Assembly (NCBI GenBank): GCA_035651155.1
Contig: DASRGG010000027.1
Location: 36,182 to 100,181, forward strand
Direction: 5' to 3'
DNA length: 64,000 nt
From: Candidatus Limnocylindria bacterium
GTDB lineage: Bacteria; Chloroflexota; Limnocylindria; P2-11E
Numbering within the stretch: position 1 is the stretch's first letter; each line of letters starts with the position of its first letter. Below, one piece after another: positions 18,964-27,565 of this stretch. The translations under genes and the position numbers were made by a program. The notes beneath the pieces were generated by a model. The model worked only from the letters and a program-made list of their open reading frames with translations. It made no database searches and was not told the DNA's origin.

Positions 18964-19964
18964 GCGACGACATCGACGAGCTCCTCGGCGTCCGCGAGAT
19001 CGAGGTCGACACGGAGCGCGCGCTCGCGCGCCTCCGCGCGCGTGTCGAACGCGACCGCATCCGGCCGGTGACGCGCGCGGCCGCGCGCCGCGACGGGCCG
19101 CTCGTGTCGCTGTGGGTGAAGGGTCTCGCGGCGGCCGCGTCCGTCGCGCTCATCGCGACGCTCCTCACCGTCTCGGGCGTGGCCGAGACCATCCTCACGA
19201 TCTTCGAGCCGAAGCAGGTCGTGGCCGTGCCGATCACGACGACGGACATCCAGCGCGCCGTGGCCGGTCTCGGCTCCTACGGCACGCTCGAGTTCTCGAC
19301 GCCGCCGAAGCCGTACGACGTGCCCGACGTCGCCACCGCGGCGAAGGACAGCGGGATCGTCGTGCTCGTCCCCGGCCAGCTGCCGTCCGGCGTGAGCATC
19401 GCGACCGCCCGCTACGGCGTGATGCCGCGCACGACCGCGACGTTCACCTTCAGCGCCGAGAAGACCCGCGCCTCCGCGTCACGGCTCGGCCGCACGCCGC
19501 CGCCGATGCCCGCGAACATCGACGGCGCCAAGCTCTTCATCACCGGCGGCCCGGCGGTCGTCCAGTACTTCGACGACGGCACCGCGCCAAAGGGCGACAC
19601 CGGCGATCCGTTCGCGACGCTGCCCAAGCTCGTCGTGGCGCAGGGCAAGGGCCCCATCGTGCGATCCGACGGCGTCACGGTGGAGCAGCTCCAGCAGTAC
19701 CTCCTGGCGCAGCCCGGCGTCACGCCGCAGCTCGCCGCGCAGATCCGCGCGATCAAGGACCCCTCGAGCACGCTGCCCATCCCGATCCCGGTGGACATGG
19801 CGACGTCGAAGAACGTGACGGTGCAGGGCGCGCCTGGCGTGTTCGTCGGCGACTCGACCGGACTCGGGAGCGCGGTCATCTGGCAGAAGGACGGCATCGT
19901 ATTCGGCGTCGCGGGTACGCTCACCGAATCGCAGATCCTGGCGGTGGCGAACTCGCTCCATTGA
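18960..19964 (+). CDS. Single-pass membrane anti-sigma-factor candidate with extracytoplasmic (DUF4367-like) domain
   Basis: An ATGA overlap joins it to the sigma gene. It has a short N-terminal cytoplasmic segment, the TM helix LWVKGLAAAASVALIATLLTV, and a roughly 260-aa external domain. Confidence 0.6.
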   Translation: MSDDIDELLGVREIEVDTERALARLRARVERDRIRPVTRAAARRDGPLVSLWVKGLAAAASVALIATLLTVSGVAETILTIFEPKQVVAVPITTTDIQRAVAGLGSYGTLEFSTPPKPYDVPDVATAAKDSGIVVLVPGQLPSGVSIATARYGVMPRTTATFTFSAEKTRASASRLGRTPPPMPANIDGAKLFITGGPAVVQYFDDGTAPKGDTGDPFATLPKLVVAQGKGPIVRSDGVTVEQLQQYLLAQPGVTPQLAAQIRAIKDPSSTLPIPIPVDMATSKNVTVQGAPGVFVGDSTGLGSAVIWQKDGIVFGVAGTLTESQILAVANSLH

Positions 19965-20872
19965 GCGGCGCCGACGCGCCCGCGATCCGGACGCGCGGTC
20001 TCGCCAAGCGGTACGGCGAGGTGGAGGCCCTCGCCGGCCTCAGCATGACCATCCCGCGCGGCGCGGTGTTCGGGTTCCTCGGTCCGAACGGCGCCGGCAA
20101 GACGACCGCCGTGAAGCTCCTTCTCGGGCTCGCGCGGCCGAGCGGCGGCCGCGCCGAGATCCTCGGCCTTCCGGCGGGGTCGCCCGAGTCACGCCGCCGC
20201 GTCGGCTACCTGCCCGAGCTCTTCCGCTACCAGAGCTGGCTCACGGCGCGGGAGGTCCTCGCGCTGCATTGCGAGCTCGGCGGGATCGATCGCACGGCGT
20301 GGTCGCGCGAGATCGAGGACGCCCTCGCGGTCGTCGGCCTCTCCGATCGCGGCTCGACGCGCGTCGGCGGCTTCTCGAAGGGCATGCAGCAGCGGCTCGG
20401 CCTGGGCGTCGCGCTGCTCGGCGATCCCGAGCTCGTGCTCCTGGACGAGCCCACGAGCGCCCTCGACCCCGTCGGGCGCCACGACGTACGCGAGATCATC
20501 CGCGCGCTGCGCGAGCGCGGCGTGACGGTGTTCCTCAACTCGCACCTGCTCTCCGAGGTCGAGCAGGTCTGCGATCGCGTCGCGATCGTCGACCACGGTC
20601 GCGTCGTCGCGGACGGCACGCTCGCGGAGCTCCTGCGGACCGACACCGTCCGCGTCCGCGCGTCCGATCTGCCGCGCGACGCCCTGGCGTCGCTCGCCGC
20701 CTTCGGCCGCATCGACGCCGACGGCGACTGGCTCGTCGCTCGCGACCTCGACGTGGCCCGCGTGCCCGACCTCGTCGCGGCGATCGTCGGCCTCGGAGGT
20801 CGCGTGCACGCGGTCGAGCCGCGGCACGAGACCCTCGAGGACCGCTTCCTGCGCCAGCTGGGCGGCGCGTAG
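19961..20872 (+). CDS. ABC transporter ATP-binding protein (ABC-2 type)
   Basis: The TTG start overlaps the upstream stop (TTGA). It carries Walker A GPNGAGKTT, signature FSKGMQQRL and Walker B LVLLDEPTSALD. Confidence 0.9.
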   Translation: MSGADAPAIRTRGLAKRYGEVEALAGLSMTIPRGAVFGFLGPNGAGKTTAVKLLLGLARPSGGRAEILGLPAGSPESRRRVGYLPELFRYQSWLTAREVLALHCELGGIDRTAWSREIEDALAVVGLSDRGSTRVGGFSKGMQQRLGLGVALLGDPELVLLDEPTSALDPVGRHDVREIIRALRERGVTVFLNSHLLSEVEQVCDRVAIVDHGRVVADGTLAELLRTDTVRVRASDLPRDALASLAAFGRIDADGDWLVARDLDVARVPDLVAAIVGLGGRVHAVEPRHETLEDRFLRQLGGA

Positions 20873-21724
20873 ATGCTGGCGCTCGCCATCGCGCGTCTCA
20901 CGGTGCAGGAGCTGCTGCGACGCCGCCTGTTCCTCGTGCTCATCGGGCTCACGGTCCTGGTCATCGCGTTCACCTCGTGGGGCTTCGGTCAGATCACGAC
21001 GGCCGGCGGCCGGCCGCTCGCGCGGGTCGAGCAGGTCGCCGTCGTATCGCAGCTCCTGATCCTCGTCGCCTTCATGTTCAGCTTCACGCTCTCGTTCGCT
21101 GCCGTGTTCGCCGGAGCGCCGTCGCTGTCGGGCGACGTCGAATCGGGCACGGCGCTCGCGATCCTCGCGCGGCCGATCTCGCGCGCGGAGTTCGTCATCG
21201 GGAAATGGCTCGGCGTCGTCCTCACCATCGTCATCTACGCGGTGCCGACGACGGCGGTGCAGCTCTTCATGGTCGACCGCATCGTGCAGTACGTACCTCC
21301 GCACCCGCTGCAGTTCGTGGCGTTCATGGTCCTCGAAGGCATGGTCATCCTCACGCTCGCCCTCGCGCTCTCGACGCGGTTCGCGGGAATGGTCGGCGGT
21401 GTCGTGGCGCTCATCTTCTGGGGCGTCGGCTGGATCGGCGGGATCGTCGGCGGCATCGGTCTGGCGCTCGGCAACGAGACGGCGACGCACGTCGGCACCG
21501 CCACGCGCCTCCTGCTCCCCACCGACGGCATGTGGCGCGGCGCCGTGTGGAGCCTCGAGCCCGCGACCATCATCGCGGGCATCCGCGCTGCCGGCTCGGC
21601 GGCGGCCGGGAATCCCTTCTTCGCCGCCGAACCGCCGGAGCCGCTGTATCTGGCGTGGACGCTCGCCTGGATCGCCCTCGGTCTCGCCGTCGCGGTCTGG
21701 AGCTTCAGCCGCCGAGAGGTCTAG
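20873..21724 (+). CDS. ABC-2 type transporter permease
   Basis: The ATG immediately follows the ATPase stop (TAGATG). The protein has about 6 TM segments and high GC3. Confidence 0.75.
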   Translation: MLALAIARLTVQELLRRRLFLVLIGLTVLVIAFTSWGFGQITTAGGRPLARVEQVAVVSQLLILVAFMFSFTLSFAAVFAGAPSLSGDVESGTALAILARPISRAEFVIGKWLGVVLTIVIYAVPTTAVQLFMVDRIVQYVPPHPLQFVAFMVLEGMVILTLALALSTRFAGMVGGVVALIFWGVGWIGGIVGGIGLALGNETATHVGTATRLLLPTDGMWRGAVWSLEPATIIAGIRAAGSAAAGNPFFAAEPPEPLYLAWTLAWIALGLAVAVWSFSRREV

Positions 21725-21755
21725 CGCTCTCTCGCAGGCTCTGTACGATGCGCGC

Positions 21756-22337
21756 GTGGACGGCGACGCGGCCTTCCGGCGGCGGTCCGGACTGCAGGCG
21801 TTCCTCGTCGCGGGCTTCTCGCTCGCGTACGCGGCCGTGTTCCTCGGCTTCGTCCGCACGGACCCCACGAACGCGACAGCGGCGACGCTCGCGTGGGCGC
21901 TCGTCGCGGCGGGCGCGCTCTCCGCGACCATCGCGACGGCCGGCCTCGGCTCCTACATCGGCGGCCACGCGGGCGCGTTCCTCGTCGCGCTCGGCGTCGG
22001 CTACGCGCTGCTCTCGGCGACGCACGGCGCGTTCGCGGCCATCGCCGACGCGCAGGGCTTCGCCGATCTCGACCTGTCGCCGACCGACCCACGCGGCTTC
22101 GCGACCTTCGGTCTCGCCGGCCTCTGGATGCTCGTCGCGGGGCTGGAGCTGCGCGGCCGGGCCGACCTCAAGCGTATCTACCCGACCATCGCGATCGCCG
22201 GCGGCGCCGACCTCATCCTGCTGTTCGCCGCGACGGTCGTCGGGTACGAGCCCGGGGTCCTCCTGACCGGCGGCCTCGCGTCGGTGATCCTCGGGCCGGC
22301 GTTCTGGGCGATGACCGGCCGCCTGCTGCGCGGCTAG
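21756..22337 (+). CDS. Hypothetical polytopic membrane protein
   Basis: From GTG 21756 the translation is RSGLQAFLVAGFSLAYAAVFLGF..., with about 6 hydrophobic helices. It is co-directional with the ABC genes. Confidence 0.5.
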   Translation: MDGDAAFRRRSGLQAFLVAGFSLAYAAVFLGFVRTDPTNATAATLAWALVAAGALSATIATAGLGSYIGGHAGAFLVALGVGYALLSATHGAFAAIADAQGFADLDLSPTDPRGFATFGLAGLWMLVAGLELRGRADLKRIYPTIAIAGGADLILLFAATVVGYEPGVLLTGGLASVILGPAFWAMTGRLLRG

Positions 22338-22558
22338 CCCCCTTCCGTCGCTCCAGGTTCTCCGCGACGCGGGCCTTCACGACCTTTCGCACGAGTGCAG
22401 CGGCCGATCGAGCGGTAACCGTGCCGTCGACGCGCCGGACAGGTATCGCCCGAGCTCGCGCGCGTACAGCGCCTTGGCGCGTCCCAGAACCTACGGCCGA
22501 GGCGCACTCTTAGGCGACCTTCACATTCCCTTCATGCAGGGCGTGTGACAATCAGAAT

Positions 22559-23428
22559 ATGAACACGATCAAGACGGTCGGCTTGCTCGCCGTCCTCACC
22601 CTTCTCCTCATCTTCGGCGCGCGCCTGTTCTTCGGGCCGTCGGCGGTGCCGATCGCGCTCGTCATCGCCGCGGTCATGAACCTGGGCTCCTGGTGGTTCT
22701 CCGACAAGATCGCGCTGTCGTTCGCCGGCGCCCACCCGGTGAGCGAGGCCGAGGCGCCCGACCTCTACCGCGTCGCGGCGCGCGTCGCCCAGATCGCGAA
22801 CGTCCCCATGCCGCGCGTGTACGTCATCGACCAGCAGGCTCCGAACGCCTTCGCGACCGGACGCGACCCCCAACACGCGGTCGTCGCGGCGACGCGCGGG
22901 ATCATCGAGATCACGAGCGAGCGCGAGCTCACCGCCGTGCTCGCGCACGAGATCGGCCACGTGAAGAACCGCGACACGCTCGTCATGGCGGTCGTGGCGA
23001 CGATCGCGGGCGCGATCTCCTACCTCGCGCAGATGGCGCAGTGGTCGATGTGGATGGGCGGTGGCCGCCGCGACGATCGCGACTCCGGGCAGCTCGGCAC
23101 GATCGGCATGCTCCTCGGCATCATCCTGCTGCCGCTCGCGGCGATGCTCGTGCAGCTCGCGATCTCCCGCTCGCGCGAATACGGCGCCGACGACCAGGGT
23201 GCGTCTCTCACGCATGACCCGCTCGCCCTCGCGTCCGCGCTGCGCAAGCTCGAGAGCTACAGCAAGAAGATCCCGATGCAGGTGAATCCGGCGGTCGCGC
23301 CGCTCTTCATCGTGCAGCCGCTCCTCCCGGGCGGACTCAGCGGGCTCTTCTCCACGCACCCGCCCATCGAGCGGCGCATCGCGCGTCTCGAGCGCATGGC
23401 CGGCGCGGAGCTCCCGCAGCCCTTCTAG
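22559..23428 (+). CDS. htpX: M48-family membrane protease HtpX
   Basis: The protein begins MNTIKTVGLL... and contains VLAHEIGHVKNRD (HExxH), two N-terminal TMs and a C-terminal FSTHPPIERRI. Confidence 0.9.
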   Translation: MNTIKTVGLLAVLTLLLIFGARLFFGPSAVPIALVIAAVMNLGSWWFSDKIALSFAGAHPVSEAEAPDLYRVAARVAQIANVPMPRVYVIDQQAPNAFATGRDPQHAVVAATRGIIEITSERELTAVLAHEIGHVKNRDTLVMAVVATIAGAISYLAQMAQWSMWMGGGRRDDRDSGQLGTIGMLLGIILLPLAAMLVQLAISRSREYGADDQGASLTHDPLALASALRKLESYSKKIPMQVNPAVAPLFIVQPLLPGGLSGLFSTHPPIERRIARLERMAGAELPQPF

Positions 23429-23440
23429 GGCCGCGGCGGC

Positions 23441-23818
23441 CTACTCCGCGATCGTCGTCGTGCCGTCGGCGAGGATGGACCAGTGCGTCATGTCCTTGCC
23501 TGGCTTGGCACCGTGCCAGTGACGCGTGTTGGCGGGGATGAAGGCCACGTCGCCACGGCCGACCACGCGCTGCTCCTTCTCGTCGGCGACGATGCCCTCG
23601 CCCTCCGTGACGATGAGGATCTGGTCGCAGGTGTGCGTGTGCCACCTGTTCACCGCGCCGTTCCGGAAATGGATCTCGGACAGCCGTAGGTCGCGGCTCA
23701 CGTCCTCGCCGACCGCCGTCTGGGAGTCGACCTCGCCCTTGAAGATCGGATTCGGCGAGCGCTCCCGGCCCGCCGCGCCGATGTGCACTACGCGCATACG
23801 GTCGATTGTGCCGCACAC
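23441..23818 (-). CDS. Cupin-domain protein
   Basis: NRWHTHTCDQILIVTEGEG...GDVAFIPANTRHWHGA is the two-motif cupin signature. The start may instead be the internal ATG at 23797. Confidence 0.75.
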   Translation of the reverse strand: MCGTIDRMRVVHIGAAGRERSPNPIFKGEVDSQTAVGEDVSRDLRLSEIHFRNGAVNRWHTHTCDQILIVTEGEGIVADEKEQRVVGRGDVAFIPANTRHWHGAKPGKDMTHWSILADGTTTIAE

Positions 23819-23826
23819 TTGCGGCG

Positions 23827-24552
23827 ATGCCCGTCCTGGTCCTCCTCCACGCGTTCCCGCTGGACCGCTCGATGTGGGACCGCGAGGTCCGCGCCTACGC
23901 CGACGCCGCGTCGCCGGTCATCGCTCCGTCGTTCCCGGGGTTCGGCCGGAGTGAGGTCCCGCCGCGGCAGCCGACGCTCGACGACTACGCCGACGCCGTG
24001 ATCGGCGTCATGGACGCGGCGCGGGTGCGGAAGGCCGCCATCGCGGGCCTGTCGATGGGCGGCTACGTCGCGTTCGCGATCTGGCGGCGCCACCGCGACC
24101 GCGTCGCCGGGCTCGCGCTCATCGACACGAAGGCCGAGGCAGACACGCCCGAGGCGGCGCAGAACCGCATCCGCCTCGCCGAGACGATCCGCGAGCACGG
24201 CGTCGAGGCGCTCCTGAAGGCGCCGCCCCAGTGGCTGCGCGACGGCGCGCCGCAGTGGCCCGCCCTCAAGGAGCTCATCCGCGCGCAGAACAAGGAGGCC
24301 GTGGCGCAGGCGAGCGTGGCGATGGCGCGTCGTCCCGACTCGACGCCGGACCTTCCGACGATCGACGTACCGACCGCGATCCTCGTGGGAGAGGCCGACG
24401 CCATCACGCCGCTCGCGCACGCGCGCGCGATGAGCGAGGCCATCCCGCACGCGGCGCTCTCGGTCATCCCCGACGCCGGTCACCTCTCGAACCTCGAAGC
24501 GCCCGAGGCCTTCGATCGAGCGATGCGCGCGTGGCTCAAGCGCCTGGCCTGA
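23827..24552 (+). CDS. Alpha/beta-fold hydrolase
   Basis: MPVLVLLHAFPLDRSMW is followed by the nucleophile elbow AGLSMGGYVA and a C-terminal IPDAGHLSNLE. Confidence 0.8.
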   Translation: MPVLVLLHAFPLDRSMWDREVRAYADAASPVIAPSFPGFGRSEVPPRQPTLDDYADAVIGVMDAARVRKAAIAGLSMGGYVAFAIWRRHRDRVAGLALIDTKAEADTPEAAQNRIRLAETIREHGVEALLKAPPQWLRDGAPQWPALKELIRAQNKEAVAQASVAMARRPDSTPDLPTIDVPTAILVGEADAITPLAHARAMSEAIPHAALSVIPDAGHLSNLEAPEAFDRAMRAWLKRLA

Positions 24553-24594
24553 TCTCCGCCGGGACGCGAGGAGTGCCTGCTCGTACGCCGCGGC

Positions 24595-25050
24595 TCAGAA
24601 GGGGCCGGCGAGCTCCGGTGGCGCGAAGATGCGCGACGGCGCTTGCCACCACTGATCCACGGCCTCGCCGCGGCATTGCTCGAGGAGCGCCGCGATGGTG
24701 TCGGGCGGCTGACCGCCGGCCGCGGCCACGACGACGACCTTGCCGGCGCGGAGCGCGCGTCCGTAGCGCCGGCGGATCTCCTTCGGCAGCCAGGATCCCG
24801 GGATCAGGCGACCGAGGACCTTCGCGATCGTCGCGCGCAGCCCGCGCCATCCTTTGAACGGGAGCCAGGCGCGGTCGCCGGCGATGAGCGCCGCGCGCTC
24901 GCGATCCGTCGCGAGGACGGTGATGTCCTGCTCGCGCACGCCGGATTCGCGCAGGAGCGTGACCGCCTGGACCGCGGCGTCGTCGTCCGCGAACGCGGCG
25001 CCCGTGACCATGCCGCCCGCGACGGCCTCGAGATACGAGGTGGTAGCCAT
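24595..25050 (-). CDS. Hypothetical protein
   Basis: A 151-aa ORF with high GC3 and non-Arg-biased composition. I recognise no confident family. Confidence 0.5.
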   Translation of the reverse strand: MATTSYLEAVAGGMVTGAAFADDDAAVQAVTLLRESGVREQDITVLATDRERAALIAGDRAWLPFKGWRGLRATIAKVLGRLIPGSWLPKEIRRRYGRALRAGKVVVVAAAGGQPPDTIAALLEQCRGEAVDQWWQAPSRIFAPPELAGPF

Positions 25051-25078
25051 CAGCGGCGAATGCTAGAGAAAAGGCCGG

Positions 25079-26338
25079 TCACACGCGCCACGCGAGGACC
25101 GGGATGCGCATCTCCTCAGGACTCAGGCCCCCGTGCGAGCCGCGATGACGGAAGTCCTGGCCGTCGACGCGCATGATCCGCGCGGCGCGGTCGCCGCCGA
25201 GCAGCGCGCACACCTCGCCGATGCGCGCCCGCGCGAGCGCGCCGTCGCCACGACCGCCGAAGAACCCGGCCGCGATGAGCTCGTCGCGGTCGAGCGGATC
25301 GAACACGCCCGGCCAGCGCTCCTCCAGATGCTGGCGCACCAGCGCGGGGTGATCGGTGTGCAGGAACACCAGGCGCGGCTCCCCGGCGATCGGATTGCGC
25401 AGCAGCGCACGCAGCTCCTCGTCGCCGAGGAGGTCGATCGACTTGTCCGGGTCGGTGAAGGCGTGGCCGTGGTCGGCGGTGAGGATCACGAGCGTGTCGC
25501 CGGGCTCGCGGTCGCCGACGGCGCGCGCGAGGTTGAGGTCGAAGCTCGCCGCCTCCGCGGCGGCTTCGCCGCTCATCGGACCGTAGAGGTGCGAGCTCGT
25601 GTCGATGCCGGCCCAGTACGCGTAGACGTACGAAGGCGCGGTGCCGTGCGGCCGGCTGGCGATGAGCTCGCGCAGGCGCACGCCCATCGTCGTCGGGAGG
25701 ACGTAGCCGACGTACGCCGCTTCGCGCGCGTGCATCCGCGTCATCGCCTCGTTGCGGAACATCTCCGGCTCGACGACGTAGGGCACCACGCCGCGCTCGC
25801 GCAGCCGGCCGTGGATCGACGGCGCGTGGATGAACCGCCGGGGATCGATCTTCGGATCGTCGAAGAACGAGCCGCGTCGCGTGATGGCCGGCCCCCACCG
25901 CAGCATCGCGGTCACCTGCTTGAACTCGTCGAGCCAGACGAAGTAGGCGATGTTCCCGTGCTCCTGCGGCGTGCGCGCGGTGTGCATCGTCGTGATGGCC
26001 GCCGCGGTCGTCGACGGGAACACCGTCGTCGCCTCGAAGAGCTGCGCGTGATCGCCGCGCTCGGCCCGCTCGACGATGCGCTTCAGGAACGGCGTCGCGC
26101 CGCTCGCGCAGAACCGCTCCAGCTGCCACCATCCGAGGCCGTCGGCGAGCACGACGACCACCTGGCGCGCTCCGTCGAGGAGCGCCGGATCGAGATCGGC
26201 GAGCGGCGGTGGGTCGTCCGCGGTCCGTGCCCCGAACGCGTCGAGCACCGTCGCGGGGAGATTCACGAGACCGCGTCCGTCGTAGCTCGGCGGCACCGCG
26301 CCGTGCGCGCGTAGGCGATCGGTGAGCGCGTCCGGCAT
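25079..26338 (-). CDS. Alkaline-phosphatase-superfamily enzyme (nucleotide pyrophosphatase/phosphodiesterase-like)
   Basis: From ATG 26338 the motifs are VVVVLADGLGWWQL, FPSTTAAAITT (Thr nucleophile context) and LTADHGH. Confidence 0.8.
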   Translation of the reverse strand: MPDALTDRLRAHGAVPPSYDGRGLVNLPATVLDAFGARTADDPPPLADLDPALLDGARQVVVVLADGLGWWQLERFCASGATPFLKRIVERAERGDHAQLFEATTVFPSTTAAAITTMHTARTPQEHGNIAYFVWLDEFKQVTAMLRWGPAITRRGSFFDDPKIDPRRFIHAPSIHGRLRERGVVPYVVEPEMFRNEAMTRMHAREAAYVGYVLPTTMGVRLRELIASRPHGTAPSYVYAYWAGIDTSSHLYGPMSGEAAAEAASFDLNLARAVGDREPGDTLVILTADHGHAFTDPDKSIDLLGDEELRALLRNPIAGEPRLVFLHTDHPALVRQHLEERWPGVFDPLDRDELIAAGFFGGRGDGALARARIGEVCALLGGDRAARIMRVDGQDFRHRGSHGGLSPEEMRIPVLAWRV

Positions 26339-26360
26339 CGCTGGACGATACTGCGAGCCG

Positions 26361-27539
26361 ATGCGGACCGTCCTCGAGGTCGATGGGCTCTTCGACGGCG
26401 CGACCACGGTGCACGACGCCGCGATCGTCATCGAGGGCGGCGAGATCGCGTGGGCCGGCAAACGCTCGCGCGTCCCGAGGACGCCCAAGGGCGAGCGGTC
26501 GCGCGCGGTGACGGCACCGGCGTCCTTCGCGATGCCCGGCATGATCAACTGCCACGCGCATCTCACCTTCGATGGGTCCCCGAACTTCGACGCGGAGGCG
26601 CATCAGCCGGACGCGCTCGGGACGATCAAGGCGTTCAAGAACGCGCGCGCGTCGCTGCGCGCCGGCGTGACGGCGGTGCGCGACCTGGGCGCGAACGGCA
26701 CGATGGTCCTCGAGCTCGCGCGCGCGATCGAGCGCGGCGTCGTCGAAGGGCCGCGCATCCTCGCCGCGGTCCGCGGCATCACGACCACGGGCGGGCACGG
26801 GACCGAGGTCGGCCGCGTCGCGGACGGCGCCGACGACGTTCGCCGCGCCACGCGCGAGCAGATCGCGGCGGGATGCGGCGTGATCAAGCTCTTCTCGACC
26901 GGCGGCGTGCTCGGCGCGGGCGCGGGGCCGGACCTCGCGCAGTTCACGCTCGAGGAGACGCGCGCGGCCGTCGAGGAGGCGCACAAGGCCGGCCTCAAGA
27001 TCACCACGCACGCGCACGGCGCCGAGGGCATGCGCATCGCGGTGGAGGCGGGCGTCGACTCGATCGAGCACTGCACGCTCCTCGACACCCGGACCATCCG
27101 TCTCGTCAAGGAGCGGGACGTCGCGCTCGTGCCGACGTTCAACGCGCTACGGTCCATCCTCGACAACGCGGAGCAGCTGCCGGCCCAGGTGCGCGATCGC
27201 GCCCGGAGCGTCGCCGCCACACATCAGGAGGGCGTGCGCGCCGCGTACAAGGCAGGCGTGCGCATCGCCGCGGGCACCGACGCGGGCACGCCCTTCAACC
27301 GTCACGAGTCGTTCGCGCTCGAGCTGCGCTACCTCGGCGAGATCGGCATGACGCGCGACGAGGCGCTCGCCGCGGCGACCAGCCGCGCGGCCGACGTCGT
27401 CGGCCTCCCCAAGGCGGGCCGGATCGCCGCGGGCATGTGGGCCGACCTCGTGTTCGTCGATGGCGACCCCACGCGCGACCTCGACGTCACGCTCGCACCG
27501 AAGGCGGTGTGGATCCGAGGAGCGCAGGTCGCGGGCTAG
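26361..27539 (+). CDS. Metal-dependent amidohydrolase
   Basis: The ATG at 26361 gives MRTVLEVDGLFDG. Further motifs are GMINCHAHLTFDG, TTHAHGAEGMRIAVEAGVDSIEHC and AAGTDAG. Confidence 0.85.
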   Translation: MRTVLEVDGLFDGATTVHDAAIVIEGGEIAWAGKRSRVPRTPKGERSRAVTAPASFAMPGMINCHAHLTFDGSPNFDAEAHQPDALGTIKAFKNARASLRAGVTAVRDLGANGTMVLELARAIERGVVEGPRILAAVRGITTTGGHGTEVGRVADGADDVRRATREQIAAGCGVIKLFSTGGVLGAGAGPDLAQFTLEETRAAVEEAHKAGLKITTHAHGAEGMRIAVEAGVDSIEHCTLLDTRTIRLVKERDVALVPTFNALRSILDNAEQLPAQVRDRARSVAATHQEGVRAAYKAGVRIAAGTDAGTPFNRHESFALELRYLGEIGMTRDEALAAATSRAADVVGLPKAGRIAAGMWADLVFVDGDPTRDLDVTLAPKAVWIRGAQVAG

Positions 27540-27565
27540 AGGGCGCGAGCGAGCGGCGGCGCCCG

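Noticed and set aside
22338-22558. The 221-nt gap upstream of htpX contains minus-strand frames with coding-like stretches (e.g. VRKVVKARVAENLERRKG, AKALYARELGRYLSG). These might be a remnant of a small regulator or antitoxin.
   Set aside because: The pieces are in different frames. They have no start and no stop within the gap, and they match no family I can name. The evidence is too weak to call a gene or pseudogene.
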